Under the pieces are notes generated by a model. It did no database searches and had not been told where the DNA came from. It worked only from the letters and a program-made list of their open reading frames with translations. Shown piece by piece: positions 44,949 through 57,200 of a stretch of DNA of 64,000 nucleotides. The stretch spans positions 328,913 to 392,912 of the forward strand of contig BCKQ01000009.1 of the NCBI GenBank assembly GCA_001600695.1, given 5' to 3'. This DNA comes from Ascoidea asiatica JCM 7603 (taxonomy: Eukaryota > Fungi > Ascomycota). Made by a program: the position numbers and the translations under genes. Numbering within the stretch: the stretch's first letter is position 1; each line of letters starts with the position of its first letter.

Positions 44949-45465
44949 ATCTCTTAAAAATAATTAAATAAATTAAAAAAAAAAAAAAAAAAAGTATTAT
45001 ATTTTCTCTTGTGATATTAATTAAACATTTCTATTCTTTGTATATAAATTTTATATCATTTCCATTTTGGAAAATGAATATCTTACATGATAAATTACTC
45101 GACTTGTATCCCTTTCAATTTCTCAATCATATCTTTGACATCTTTTCCATTAAATGTTATTCAAAAAAAAAAAAAAGATTACAAGATTTATTATCAAACA
45201 GCCATAAACTACAAAAATAAAACAAAATTTCAATAACGTAAGATACTGCTATGAAATTATACGTGATCCTTAAGTATGAGAAAGCTCCGTGATTTTCAAG
45301 GCCTTTTAAATATTATCGGGGTTAGACTTTTCTGCTCCAGTTTCCTTCTGAAATAATATGGCTATAAATTTATCAAATCATTAAATATTGAAAATATTGA
45401 AAATATTTAGATACAAAAACTAAAATAATCAAATTGATATTAATTTTGATCTAAGATTTAAAAAG

Positions 45466-46305
45466 ATGAACTTCTTAAGATTAAGTGCAAGATCTAATGG
45501 TCTTGTGATTAGAAAAGCATCTCCTTTAATATTCAAACCATATGGATATTCTTTTTTTTCATCATCCTCTTTTATACAAAATGATTTGAAAAAAACTGTT
45601 CCTTTGGAAAATTCAAATATAAAACAAAATTATCAGAAAAAGAATCCAGAACAATTGAAAAAATTATATGAAGAATATCGTGAAAAAAAACAAAATTATA
45701 AAAATCGAACAGCTGGTTATTATGCTTCTTCATTAGGAATACTTTTTTTAACTTTAGGATATGCTGCTGTTCCTGTTTATAGAGCTTTATGTCAAAGAAC
45801 TGGTTGGGGTGGTGTTCCTATAACAGATGCTAAAAAATTTACACCAGATAAATTAATTCCTGTAGATACTGATAAAAGAATAAGAATTAGTTTCACTTCC
45901 GAAGTTTCATCAGTTTTACCATGGAAATTTGTCCCTCAACAGCGAGAAGTATATGTTTTACCTGGAGAAACAGCTTTAGCTTTTTATAAGGCAAAAAATC
46001 ATGGTGATAAAGATATAATAGGAATGGCTACGTATTCAGTAACACCTGGTGAAGCTGCTCCTTATTTTAATAAGATTCAATGTTTTTGTTTTGAAGAACA
46101 AAAACTAAAAGCAGGAGAAGAAGTTGATATGCCAGTTTTTTTCTTCATTGATCCAGATTTTGCAAGTGATCCAGCTATGAGAAATATTGATGATATTGTA
46201 CTACATTATTCTTTTTTCAAAGCTCATTATAGAGATGATGGAGAAATTGTTCCAATTAATGTAACTAAGTCCGAACCTTTAGCTTTAGCTAAAGAAGTTT
46301 ATTAA
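45466..46305 (+). CDS. COX11: Cytochrome c oxidase copper chaperone Cox11
   Basis: YAAVPVYRALCQRTGWGG, LPWKFVPQQ, copper motif YFNKIQCFCFEEQ. Confidence 0.97.
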   Translation: MNFLRLSARSNGLVIRKASPLIFKPYGYSFFSSSSFIQNDLKKTVPLENSNIKQNYQKKNPEQLKKLYEEYREKKQNYKNRTAGYYASSLGILFLTLGYAAVPVYRALCQRTGWGGVPITDAKKFTPDKLIPVDTDKRIRISFTSEVSSVLPWKFVPQQREVYVLPGETALAFYKAKNHGDKDIIGMATYSVTPGEAAPYFNKIQCFCFEEQKLKAGEEVDMPVFFFIDPDFASDPAMRNIDDIVLHYSFFKAHYRDDGEIVPINVTKSEPLALAKEVY

Positions 46306-46429
46306 GTTCAAAGATATTTAAAAAATGAAATCAATTTCTGTTTTATATAAATCCTTATAGATAAAAAATAAAAAAGTTCTAATTGTATATATTAAAATCT
46401 ATGAAAACTAAAAAAAATTAAGCATTAGT

Positions 46430-48697
46430 CTAATGTCCCTTTTTCTTTTGTTTAGTTATATGTGCTTTCAATATTTTTTGCTTATCTCTTAAAGATTTTC
46501 TTGCTTTACCTTGAACAGATCTTTTATGAATCATCATAACAAAATTTTTCTTTCTAGCCTTTTCTCTATTAGTGGTAGAATGATCACCTTCTCTTTTACC
46601 TTTACGTGAACCAAATTTCTGTCTTTCTTCTCTACCTTCTTGAACTCTTACTAATCTTTCAGCTTTATTTTCTTTATATTTCACTGGTCCAACAAGCATT
46701 TGATGATCAATTTCTTCTTCATTATTTTGTTTTAATCCCATCATTTTAGATATACCAGCCTCTAATTTCAATTCATCAAGTTTAGCAAAATCAGCTGGGG
46801 TTAATATTTTAGTTATTTTCACTGGCTGTTTTTCTTCTGTATTATCTTCTTTTGTATCATCTTTGTTCTCATCTTTAATCTCTTCAGAATTTTTGATAGA
46901 CTCAGTTACATCATTCTCATTATCAGAAGAAAGCTCAAGATCAGAATCAGAGTTTTCATCAATTTTTTCTGAAGCATTTTCTTTTTCATCATCAGAGTCT
47001 TTTATATGAATGAATTCCTCTTCATTATTTTCAACACTTACCCAATTTCCATATTCCATATCACTATCATCATCCGACTCATTTTCATCCACTTCCCAAT
47101 CAGCATCATTTTCTTCATCTTTAACAATATTATTTTTTTCATTATATTTTTCTAATAAATCAATAAAAGGAACATTGTCGGCAACTGTTCCTGCACCATA
47201 TCTAAGGTTTGAATTAGTAGAATCTTTGTTCTTTTTCTTACTTTGTACATCCATACTAGCAACTTTTCCTCTATCCTTTTTATGTAACATTTCTGGTGCA
47301 ACTTCTCTATAAAGAGAAATTAAAGATTTCGCAGCAATATTAACAGGTTTTGATTTTGAACCTTTATATTGTGTTAAATCTTTAAGTAAAGTTTCATCAA
47401 TTGCTAATGGTGCTCTTGTTAAAATTTCTCTTATTGTATTAATACCAGCGGCTGAAGCTTCTGCGGCAACACCATCAGAAACAAATTCATCTGCAATTTT
47501 TCTTATCATATCATTAACCAATTCAGGAGGAACTAAATCATGTGTAGCTTGAGCACAAGCAGCCATTATTTGAGTAACATTATTTTGTTTAGGTGTAAGA
47601 TACTTCAAAAAAAATGAATAAATACCTAAGACAATTAATTTATGAGTTCCAATTAATCTAGATATTAAATTCATAAATATAATTTTTTGATCTAAATCGA
47701 ATCTTTTTGCATTTTTACCAACAAGATGAATATTGAATAATTGATCAGCAAAACCCTGAGGATCTCTTAAAAGATGAATTGCTCCAAAATTAAGAGCAAC
47801 ACCAGTTGTATTTGTTTTTCTTTGTTTTTTTTTAATTGATTTTATAGCAGAATCAAAAGCTTTTTTACTTTTTAAAGTTTTTTTATTTACACTCATTCTA
47901 TGCATTATTTCTTTTACATCAATATCTTCATCACTAGAATCTTCATTTAAAGCATCTTCTCTTTCTTTATCAGCGCCTAAAAAGAATTTTGCACCTGAGG
48001 TAGCAACTTTTGGATTTGGATGAACAGTTGCTTCTTTCATAATTTGAACAGTAGTTTCATCTGTCCATATCTGTCTTCTCCATAATTCTCTTACAATTTT
48101 TGAAACCCATAAACTCTGAGCACCTTCTTCATCTTTAAGTAAATTAAATAAAAAAGATTGTGTTAATCGATTAATTTTAACAGCTTTTGATCCAGTATTT
48201 AAAGATTTTAAAAGATTAATTAAACTTGTATAAACCTGTTTTCTTATAGCTTTAGCATTTGAACCTGTTATTATATTTGAATTTTGACTTGCGGATGAAT
48301 AAATTGCTAATAAAGGAAATAAAGTCTCAATTAAAGATTCAGAAGTAATTACACCTTTATTTCTTAAAGTTACTAAAGACTGAATTATTTTTTCTCTTAA
48401 TTCTGGTGTTAATGCTTGATGATGATTTAATAATAAATCTCTTAAATCTGCAGGAAATTCAGCTGTTTCTTTTGGAAAACATGTCGTTACCGAAGTAAGA
48501 AAATCAACTAACTCTGTAAATTTAATAACTGATTCCGAATTCTTATCGTTTTGAAATATCACAATATCTTTTAAATGATAATAATGTTCATATTGCTGAA
48601 GAAATTCTTCCTTATATGACTGAGGATCACGCTTCACCAAATTTCTTAAAAGAATAACATTGGTGGGCAATATTGCTGCTCTACTTTTTCTGGCCAT
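46430..48697 (-). CDS. SDA1: 60S biogenesis protein Sda1
   Basis: LVKRDPQSYKEEFLQQY, HLLRDPQGFA, HDLVPPE, KILTPADF, STTNREKARKKNF. Confidence 0.95.
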   Translation of the reverse strand: MARKSRAAILPTNVILLRNLVKRDPQSYKEEFLQQYEHYYHLKDIVIFQNDKNSESVIKFTELVDFLTSVTTCFPKETAEFPADLRDLLLNHHQALTPELREKIIQSLVTLRNKGVITSESLIETLFPLLAIYSSASQNSNIITGSNAKAIRKQVYTSLINLLKSLNTGSKAVKINRLTQSFLFNLLKDEEGAQSLWVSKIVRELWRRQIWTDETTVQIMKEATVHPNPKVATSGAKFFLGADKEREDALNEDSSDEDIDVKEIMHRMSVNKKTLKSKKAFDSAIKSIKKKQRKTNTTGVALNFGAIHLLRDPQGFADQLFNIHLVGKNAKRFDLDQKIIFMNLISRLIGTHKLIVLGIYSFFLKYLTPKQNNVTQIMAACAQATHDLVPPELVNDMIRKIADEFVSDGVAAEASAAGINTIREILTRAPLAIDETLLKDLTQYKGSKSKPVNIAAKSLISLYREVAPEMLHKKDRGKVASMDVQSKKKNKDSTNSNLRYGAGTVADNVPFIDLLEKYNEKNNIVKDEENDADWEVDENESDDDSDMEYGNWVSVENNEEEFIHIKDSDDEKENASEKIDENSDSDLELSSDNENDVTESIKNSEEIKDENKDDTKEDNTEEKQPVKITKILTPADFAKLDELKLEAGISKMMGLKQNNEEEIDHQMLVGPVKYKENKAERLVRVQEGREERQKFGSRKGKREGDHSTTNREKARKKNFVMMIHKRSVQGKARKSLRDKQKILKAHITKQKKKGH

Positions 48698-49760
48698 GGT
48701 TATATATAATTATTATAGTATAATATAAAATTTAAAGATAATTCAAAGATTGTTCATGGAGAAGTAAACCGAAAATGAAAAAATCAAACATATTTTTCAA
48801 TCACAAATTTGTGTTTACCTAAAATTAAAAATATTTTTGAAATTCTACAAAAAAATTATTTTTTATCCGGATATTAAACCGCTTGCTAGGATTTACTTAT
48901 CCGAAAAATACCATATCCGTAAAATTTCCGTTTGACGGATATTATTTTTAAATTTTTTAAAATGTTTTCGGGCTCCGTTACTTTCCGATTTCATGATTTG
49001 AATCCAGCTCCGTGGATCTTTTTCGAGGGTCCAGAAGCAAAAGATTTTGGCCTGGGGAAAAAAGCCATCAAAAGTAGTCGAATTAAAAAAATTGATAGTT
49101 AATTTATGTATCATATTAAGATTTTATACCAAATGATATCATATCTACGTTGATATTCGATTATTGCTCTGCCATTTGTTTTACTGTGGCTATGCATTGA
49201 GTATTAATCATTGAAAAATTTAGTAGTTACATCCTCTAAAGATTTAAATTTCATTTCATTCATCTATTTTTTTTAAAATCATTTGCGTTATATCATACCT
49301 CGTAAATTATGATTTAATTCAATTTATATTCCTCCACTGATGAAACAGGACCGGATTAAAAGTTAACCCAATTCCATCATATTTCTTTCAATTGCTTTCC
49401 ATCAAGTTTCTAAATCTTTCTTTTTATTCTAGTCATGTTGCCATGTTAAGTTGCAAATTATACTTCAAATGGAATTTTTGTTATTGAAATTCTATTGGGG
49501 ATGATTTTAGCAATCATTTGATTTCATAGAATAATTCTTTAAAATACTTTAGAAGGTTGTTATTTAATACAATTTGATTGCTATTGAATATTTCTAATTT
49601 CAACAAAATTACCAGTATAAAATGAAGAGCTTTTAATCATTTTTTTTATTCTCAATTTCTTAAATCTCAGAAAAATTATCTTTGGGTTTCTTTCGCTTCA
49701 GTATAACTATAATTATCAATTAAACAGAAAATTAATCAAAGAATTCAAATTATTATATCA

Positions 49761-50159
49761 ATGGCAAGTCTTATCAACTCTTTAACCAGTGCTGCTGGTA
49801 GTGGTGAATCATCTTTAGCTCAAATTTTTTCTTCTTCTACAGGAGGTGGTTCTTCAGATATGTCTAGTTCTGCTGGTTCATCTTCAATTGAAAGTGCTTC
49901 AAGCTCAGCTTCAGGTTCTAGTTCTTCTGAGTCTGAATCTAGTTCCGCATCTGAATCTAGCTCTTCTGGATCTGAATCTGCTTCCGGTTCAGAATCTGGT
50001 TCAGCATCTGGCGCTGCTGCCTCTGGTAGTTCTAGTTCTTCAAGTGACTCCGGGGCATATTCTCTACGGTTCAATAAGGAAGGACCTGCTTTTTATGCTT
50101 ATTCAATGCTTGGAAGTTTTTTCTTTTTAACATTTGTTTTAACCCTTTCTGCTGCTTAG
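49761..50159 (+). CDS. Small Ser/Gly/Ala-rich protein with hydrophobic C-terminal tail
   Basis: Strong TCT/GGT/GCT codon bias, TATA-like TATAAAA near 49617, A-rich leader, C-terminal SSDSGA followed by a hydrophobic segment. Confidence 0.75.
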   Translation: MASLINSLTSAAGSGESSLAQIFSSSTGGGSSDMSSSAGSSSIESASSSASGSSSSESESSSASESSSSGSESASGSESGSASGAAASGSSSSSSDSGAYSLRFNKEGPAFYAYSMLGSFFFLTFVLTLSAA

Positions 50160-50359
50160 TTTTACTAATAAAGTATTATAATATATAAAATTTAGTACTT
50201 TGCTAGCACCTTATATTAATTAATACAATGGAAAAAATCTCTGATGTTTTTGTTCACTTAGTTTATATTTAGTATACTTTTGATTTCCATAAATATTTTA
50301 ATTTTCTATTTAATACATCTTATTAATCATTAATATCATTTATTTATCGTTTATTGTAT

Positions 50360-53300
50360 TTATTTTTTACTACTCAAAGAATCCGATATTGATGTAGATG
50401 TAGATTTTGAAGAAATAGTTTCTTGAATATCCATATCAGTATCTTCATTCAATTTCAATTTATGAACTGGAGGAAGAGTTTTCAAATTATTTTCTTTTTC
50501 TTGAGCTATAATAGATGACGATCTAGGTCTGAAACTTGATGGTTCTAATTCTCCATTATCTTTTAGTTCTTGAACTTGTCTTTCAATTGCACTTACATTG
50601 AATACATTTCGATCATAATCAAATTCCGACACTTTATATTCCTCATCATCATCAGTATCTTTTGATTTATTTTTATTTTTATTTTTATGTTCACTATCAT
50701 TTTCTTTATTTTTTCTTGCTTCACTCTCCTGTACACCTTCCATATATGTTTCCCACCATTCTTTTCTTTTTGGGCTAAACCACTTTTTCCATCCTTTATT
50801 TTTTTTGTTTCTATCTGAAAAATTAGCAGACTTATCTGTTTCTCTTTGTTTTGCAGCTTCATCAAACTCTAAAATTAATTTTCTTTGACGTTTGTCTTCT
50901 TCTGGATCTGGTTCTTCAATTTCTATAAATTCCTCACTTATTACTGCCCATCCTAACAAAGATAATAAATGAGGCATCTTTCGACGATATTCCATATGAC
51001 CTGTTACTTGCTCAGTACAATCAAAATTCTCAATACCTTGAATATTTTCAATTGCTGATAAGCCTACTACTCTTTTCAAACCTCCACCTGTTGCTCTAAA
51101 AAGGTAACCTAGAATCCAATCTTTTTTAGAATATCCATTGACAAATCTTCCAGATACAACTGATCTTGCTAATGCTAATTGATTTTTATTTGATACAAAA
51201 GGAGCACCAAAAATATAAACATTTTCAATTAGATCAAATGCTCCTTTTTTTGCAAGTTCAATAAGACAAGAATAAATCATTCTTGCACCTAAAGAAAATC
51301 CAACAAGAGTAATTGGTCTTGCTCCGAGATTTCTTGATATTAATGTATCTGCCAATATATGACCAGCTGCCCAAGCTCTATCTAAAGAAACATTCCAAGG
51401 ATTATCTATAATATAACCAAGCTTTGATAACATCATAGGCCATTGAATTGCTGACATGAATGCAATAAGAAGTGTCGAACCTAAAACTTGTTGAATGGTT
51501 TGAGTAAGAACTTCAGTAGCTAATATATTAATGGTTTGACCTGTTGATGTTAACATATCAGGTTCCCAAAATATAGAATATAAATCACCCATAACTGGAT
51601 CAACTGTTGAAAAAGGAAGTCTAACATCATCAACATTTGAATTCATCCAACCACTGACAGTAACAATTAAATTAAATCTTTTGTTATTATGCAAAGGTCT
51701 AAATTCAAATATTTTTACACTACCTTTTCTTTTCATCATACCTTGTGCACCAATATTGGCACCAATTCCTGTACCTGCAGTAGTTACCAAAGCTGTTCCC
51801 GCTCCACCTACAAGAAATGTTGATGTTCCAGTTATACCAATTGTCGATAAACCTGCTGCAATCCCAGCACCAATAACGGGTGCTAATAACCCTGCCGATA
51901 AACCAAGAACTAATCCACCACCTATTGTAGCTAATCCAACATATATTAATCTTTTTTTCCTTGCTCTTTTAGCTCTATACTTCATTATTTCTCTTTCATC
52001 TAAATTTTCATCATCATCATCTTTAATTTCTAAAGCATCTGTTATTCTTTTTTCAAATCTATATATTTCTAGCATGGGAACATTTAAAGCTTTTCCGAAC
52101 TCCATTAATAAAGTTCGAGATCTGCAATCATACATTGAATCTGAAACCAATAAAAGAAAAAGATCACATATAACTGTCCAAGCAACATCTATTTCAAGAG
52201 TTTTTTTGCCTTTAATATCTTCTGGTGCTAGTACTTTTTGGGAATCCGATTTTGAAATTGAATCATCATCATCATCATTACCATCTTTTATTTCATCATT
52301 AATTTGATTATCAATAGAACTTTTTGGCAAAGTTGGTTTTGATGATGAAGCTGGTTTTTCTTCTTCTATTAGTTCAGTTTCAGGATGTTTCTCATTAATT
52401 GTGGATACCTTAGTATTTTTCTCAAGTTCAGAAATTTTTTTTATAGGATCAATTGAGGAATTGACAGGTTTATTTAATTCAACTGATTGACTATCACTTT
52501 CACTTAGCATGATATCAGTATCTTCACTACTTTCATTAAGGGGGTTGTTAACAGTTTTAACACTAATTAAACTTGAACTTAAATCTTTTATATTAATCTT
52601 ATGACGACTTAAATTTTGAATCATTCCAATTTCTTCAGGAGTCAAATCCATATGTTTATATAGTAAATTCAATATTGATAAAGACCATTCCCCTAAAGAT
52701 TTTTGAGAATTTGATAATCTTCTATTTATTCTATAACTATCAGTTAATGATAATTTTGCTAAATTTAAAGCCATTTCAATACATATAAGATTTACAATAC
52801 CAACATAAGCAAATTTTTCAAAATCTTTTAACATTTTTTTTGTTGCATTAAGTTGATTAGAAGGAGATCTAACTAAAGGTTCATTGAAATCTAAATCCTC
52901 CAACTCTTCATAGAAATCTTCATTAGAGTAATTAGAATGTTCATTTATTAAAGAATCATTAATTGTATCATTATTTTGATTATTTGAGTTATCAGAAGAA
53001 GGAGTTGTCGGCACCAATGATTCGTTATGTTGATGTTGATGTTGAGATTGATTTTGGGATTGAATTTGTTCTAATTTTGTATTATTTACGAAAAGAAAAT
53101 CAGTTTTTGAATCCGCTTTAGCATATGAATGAGCTTGTTCTTCGCCAGCTATTCTTGTATAACCTTGAGATTTATTTTGTTGGGTATATGATGCACTTTT
53201 TTCTTTTTTCTTTTCTTTATTTTTGTCTAATAATTTCCGTATACCAGTGGTTATACCACCAATACCATTAATATCTGATTCGGAACTATTATTGGAAATA

Positions 53301-53632
53301 TTTGATTTTGATTTTGATTTACTTGGTGGAGCTAAACTACCTCCACCAAAATGAACTTCTTTGTTTTCTTCTCTTCCTGAAATTAATTCTCCTTTGTCAT
53401 TATAATAATCTAACTGAGGTGCAATTGTTGGCATTTCTTGCCACTCACCATCAGAAAAATCTTCAAAATCAGATTCGTCTTCGTTGTCTTCAACCATTTC
53501 TTTCTTTATAGATGGAGATGCAACCTCTTGTGTTTCATCGGTATTGTCATTTTTATGGGAAAGTGGGGACGAATTAGTGTCTTCTAAAGAGACATTTACA
53601 TTATTACATTCAAGGTTTTCTGCTTGCACCAT
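50360..53632 (-). CDS. MIL1: DUF726/TMCO4-family putative lipase Mil1 (YFL034W-like)
   Basis: IDVAWTVICDLFLLL, YDCRSR, GLATIGGGLVLGLSAGLLAP, DDVRLPFS, IDNPW, lipase motif VGFSLGAR, GHMEYR. Confidence 0.88.
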   Translation of the reverse strand: MVQAENLECNNVNVSLEDTNSSPLSHKNDNTDETQEVASPSIKKEMVEDNEDESDFEDFSDGEWQEMPTIAPQLDYYNDKGELISGREENKEVHFGGGSLAPPSKSKSKSNISNNSSESDINGIGGITTGIRKLLDKNKEKKKEKSASYTQQNKSQGYTRIAGEEQAHSYAKADSKTDFLFVNNTKLEQIQSQNQSQHQHQHNESLVPTTPSSDNSNNQNNDTINDSLINEHSNYSNEDFYEELEDLDFNEPLVRSPSNQLNATKKMLKDFEKFAYVGIVNLICIEMALNLAKLSLTDSYRINRRLSNSQKSLGEWSLSILNLLYKHMDLTPEEIGMIQNLSRHKINIKDLSSSLISVKTVNNPLNESSEDTDIMLSESDSQSVELNKPVNSSIDPIKKISELEKNTKVSTINEKHPETELIEEEKPASSSKPTLPKSSIDNQINDEIKDGNDDDDDSISKSDSQKVLAPEDIKGKKTLEIDVAWTVICDLFLLLVSDSMYDCRSRTLLMEFGKALNVPMLEIYRFEKRITDALEIKDDDDENLDEREIMKYRAKRARKKRLIYVGLATIGGGLVLGLSAGLLAPVIGAGIAAGLSTIGITGTSTFLVGGAGTALVTTAGTGIGANIGAQGMMKRKGSVKIFEFRPLHNNKRFNLIVTVSGWMNSNVDDVRLPFSTVDPVMGDLYSIFWEPDMLTSTGQTINILATEVLTQTIQQVLGSTLLIAFMSAIQWPMMLSKLGYIIDNPWNVSLDRAWAAGHILADTLISRNLGARPITLVGFSLGARMIYSCLIELAKKGAFDLIENVYIFGAPFVSNKNQLALARSVVSGRFVNGYSKKDWILGYLFRATGGGLKRVVGLSAIENIQGIENFDCTEQVTGHMEYRRKMPHLLSLLGWAVISEEFIEIEEPDPEEDKRQRKLILEFDEAAKQRETDKSANFSDRNKKNKGWKKWFSPKRKEWWETYMEGVQESEARKNKENDSEHKNKNKNKSKDTDDDEEYKVSEFDYDRNVFNVSAIERQVQELKDNGELEPSSFRPRSSSIIAQEKENNLKTLPPVHKLKLNEDTDMDIQETISSKSTSTSISDSLSSKK

Positions 53633-54223
53633 CTGAAAAATTAAGTTGAAATTAAAATAGTTTTTAAATTACTATATTCGAGAACATATGATATTATAGG
53701 ATATGAATATGGTGAGAGTAGTTTATCTGATTTTGATTCTATCAATTAATAATACTTTATATCGTATAGAACCAGTACTTCCAGCTTTATGCTTGGCAGA
53801 CTCCAGATGCTTGACGTAGACAGTAAACAAAGAAAAGAACAAGATAAAGGAAATAGCGCTAGAGAGTATCTGGACAGCTCGGTAGAAATCTGGGACAAAA
53901 AGGAAAAACAGGGACTAAAAAACAGCGACAGGGCAATTTAAATCCAAAAACTGGACAGATTCAAACAGGAAAACACACAGGCAGAGAAATCCCCCAAATG
54001 TGGTCTCTCATATCAGGTGATGAAAAACTGTTTGTTTACAGTTTTAGAAACAAGATCTGAAAAGATAGAATGTGTTAAGTTAAATTGGCGTGCTCTGAGA
54101 AACTTTGATTAGCAAGTTTTGAAGTATTTGGTGCCAGTCTTTCTCAATCATAAGAATCATTCACTCTTTCAACAACAATTGCTTGGCTTAATCAATCAAT
54201 TTGCTTTTTAATTTTATTAGAAC

Positions 54224-57200
54224 ATGGACTTCAGATCTATCTTGTCTTTTAATCAGTCCTCTAAACCTTCGACAATCTCAAATAAACATGATTCTAGTAA
54301 CGATGAAATTGGAGAAGATTCTATCTTGTCGATAACATCAAACAATGAAGAGAAAAGTGATGACGATAAAGCTAAATCAAACTCTCCATTAAAAGCTAGC
54401 AAATTGATCGATTTTATTTTCAATTTATCTAAGATTTTGCAAGCAGCAGCATTAGATGATGTAGTATACTATAATAATCCAAGATCAATATCTTTGTGTA
54501 ACGATTTCATAGCAAAAGACTCTCCATCTACCATTTTTGTGATCAAAATTCAATTGCCACAAAATAAAAAAAATGATAATAATTTATTATTAGACCCAAT
54601 TATACCCTCAAATGATGGCAATCAAGCAAATCAAAATCAAAATCTAAATTCAAATCTAAATGATAATATTAATATTAATAATAAATCTTCAAATTCTAAT
54701 TCCAATTCTAAATCTCAACCAAAGTATTATTTTTTACTTTTAAATCAATTAATTCCCTTAAATCAAGTTATATCTACAATAGTGGTTATTAAACAAAAGG
54801 GGTCTCTTTTAAATAACATCCCAATTGACTCTCAATTACAGATCATAAATTTACCTAGTCAACCTTCTTTGAATAACAATAACACCTTACAAAACAATGA
54901 TGATAATAATGAAAATAATGACAACAATAACGATAATGATACCAATATTATTGCTGAATCTGAAAAAAAGAGTATCTTTTCTTCAAATGATGATAGAAAA
55001 TCATACGATTCTTTGAGAACTTTAATCAATTTAGGAGTTTCTCCATATTTTGAAGCTTTAACTCAAACCTCAATTAATCCAATTAATATTAATGAAGCCT
55101 CAATTAATGATATTATAAATAACTCTGGCCAAATTAATAATCAAAGTAATAAACTAGATTCTTTGATAAATCCAAACTTAAATAATATACAACCCAATGA
55201 AGATGATAATTCTGGTGCAATTGGTAGTGCAAGGAAAAAAATAAATGAATTAATTTTATCTTTACAACATATTCAACAATCTGTTCAAACTCCAGATTTA
55301 TCATTAACTGTTCATCCAATAATTAAAAATGCAATTGAACAATGTGATCTTGATAATAATAATAAGGATCCAATTGATTTTATACCTGACAATTTATTAT
55401 CTGATTCAAATTTTCTTAATCATTTACAAAGTATAGTTAATGATTGGGTTAAATCTGTTCAAAGTATAACTAAATTATCGAGAGATCCTTCAGATGGTTC
55501 AGCTGCTGATGAAATAAATTTTTGGACTTCAATGGAATCAGCACTCTTAAGTATTCAAGATCAATTAAATTCTCCTGAAATTACTTTAACTTTAGAAATT
55601 TTAAAAAAAGCAAAAAGATTCTATGCTGCTGTTAGTTTATTAAGTGATACTGGATTAAAAGAAAGTTTAGCTGTAGCCAATAGATATAATCAATTGATGA
55701 AAGATTTACCTTTAGATGAACTACTTTCCGCTTCAATTCCTAAAAAAGTTGAAGAAGCAATAATTTTAATTATGAATCATCTCAAAAAAATAAGGGTAAC
55801 AAATTATCCAATAAGTAGGGTTCTACCATTTGTAGAGGTAATTTCTTCTGATGTAGATTTAAGATTGAAATCAATTATAAGATCTTTAAATTTAATGTAT
55901 TTGAATTACGATGAATTTATAATCAAATATCAAGAAATTAATTCGGTCTTCCAAGTATGGGATAGACAGATCAAAGAATTTACAAACTTGGCAAGAGAAT
56001 TATTAAGGAAAAGATCTGAAAAATTCATTTTTATAAGGATAAACTCAAAAACAAAATTACTAAAGGAAAGATTGGAATATGTTTCAGCTTTCAGATCTAG
56101 ACATAATGAGCTTATCACTACATTGAACAGTATCATTAATACAACTAATAAAAATTTTGTTAATTTCAAGTTCACCAATAATATTAATCCTATAAATGAA
56201 ATGGAATTTGCTTTTGATTCTGTAAGAAATGTTGATATTGCTAATACCTCATCAGAAGGTGAAAAGGCTTGGTATTCATCTGAGAAAGTATATAACTCAA
56301 GAGCACAAAAGGTAGAAACTGCAATTGTAATGATGCTAAGAAATATTCTTTCTAATGCAAAAACTGCAAATGAAATGTTTTCTGTTTTTACAAAATTTAA
56401 TTTTCTTCTTTCAAGACCTTCCATAAATGATTCTATTCAGGAATATCAAACTCAACTATTAGAAATTGTTAAAAGAGATATAAACAATTTGCATAAACAT
56501 TTTTCTAGGCAATCTGAATCCAGAAAACTTTTAAGAATAAGAGATTTACCTCCTACTGCATCTGCAATTATTTGGGCTAAGCAAGTTCAAAGAAAGCTTG
56601 ACTTTTTATTAAATAGGTTAGAGTTAATTTTAGGAAAAAACTGGACAGAATACCCTGAAGGTCTGAAAATTTTTCTTGAGTCTGTGGTTTTCAAAAAAAA
56701 ACTAGATACAAATCCAATATATAATGGATGGTTAAACGAAGTGATGAATACAAACATAAAAGGATCTTTAGAACTTAATATTTTCAAAATTGTTCGAAAT
56801 TCAGCTAGTGAACTCAATGAATCTCTTGGACTTATAGTAAATTTCGATTCTAAGTTGATATTAATATTCAAGGAAGTTAGAAATATATGCTGGCTAGGAT
56901 TTCAAGTTCCTCATTCAATTATAAACAACGCTCGTTTGATTAGAAAGGTTTATCCATTTGCAATTAGTTTAAACGAGGCACTTAAAGTGTTTTATGAAAG
57001 CCTAAATATATACAAAGAATTAAAAGAAATATCTATTTTGTTAAGAGAAAAAAAAGAAGAGTTATTCAGATTAGTTCACAATTGCTTTGAAATCAAATGG
57101 GAAGATCTTTCTAAAGCATATGATCTTTCTCAAATAAGTTTCTTAATGAATGAAGAAAATAAGTCTGTGCAACCTAATGGGAATTCTGATAATATCCAAT

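Noticed and set aside
51681-52307. 208-aa plus-strand ORF
   Set aside because: Antisense shadow of the conserved MIL1 core; starts at TTG.
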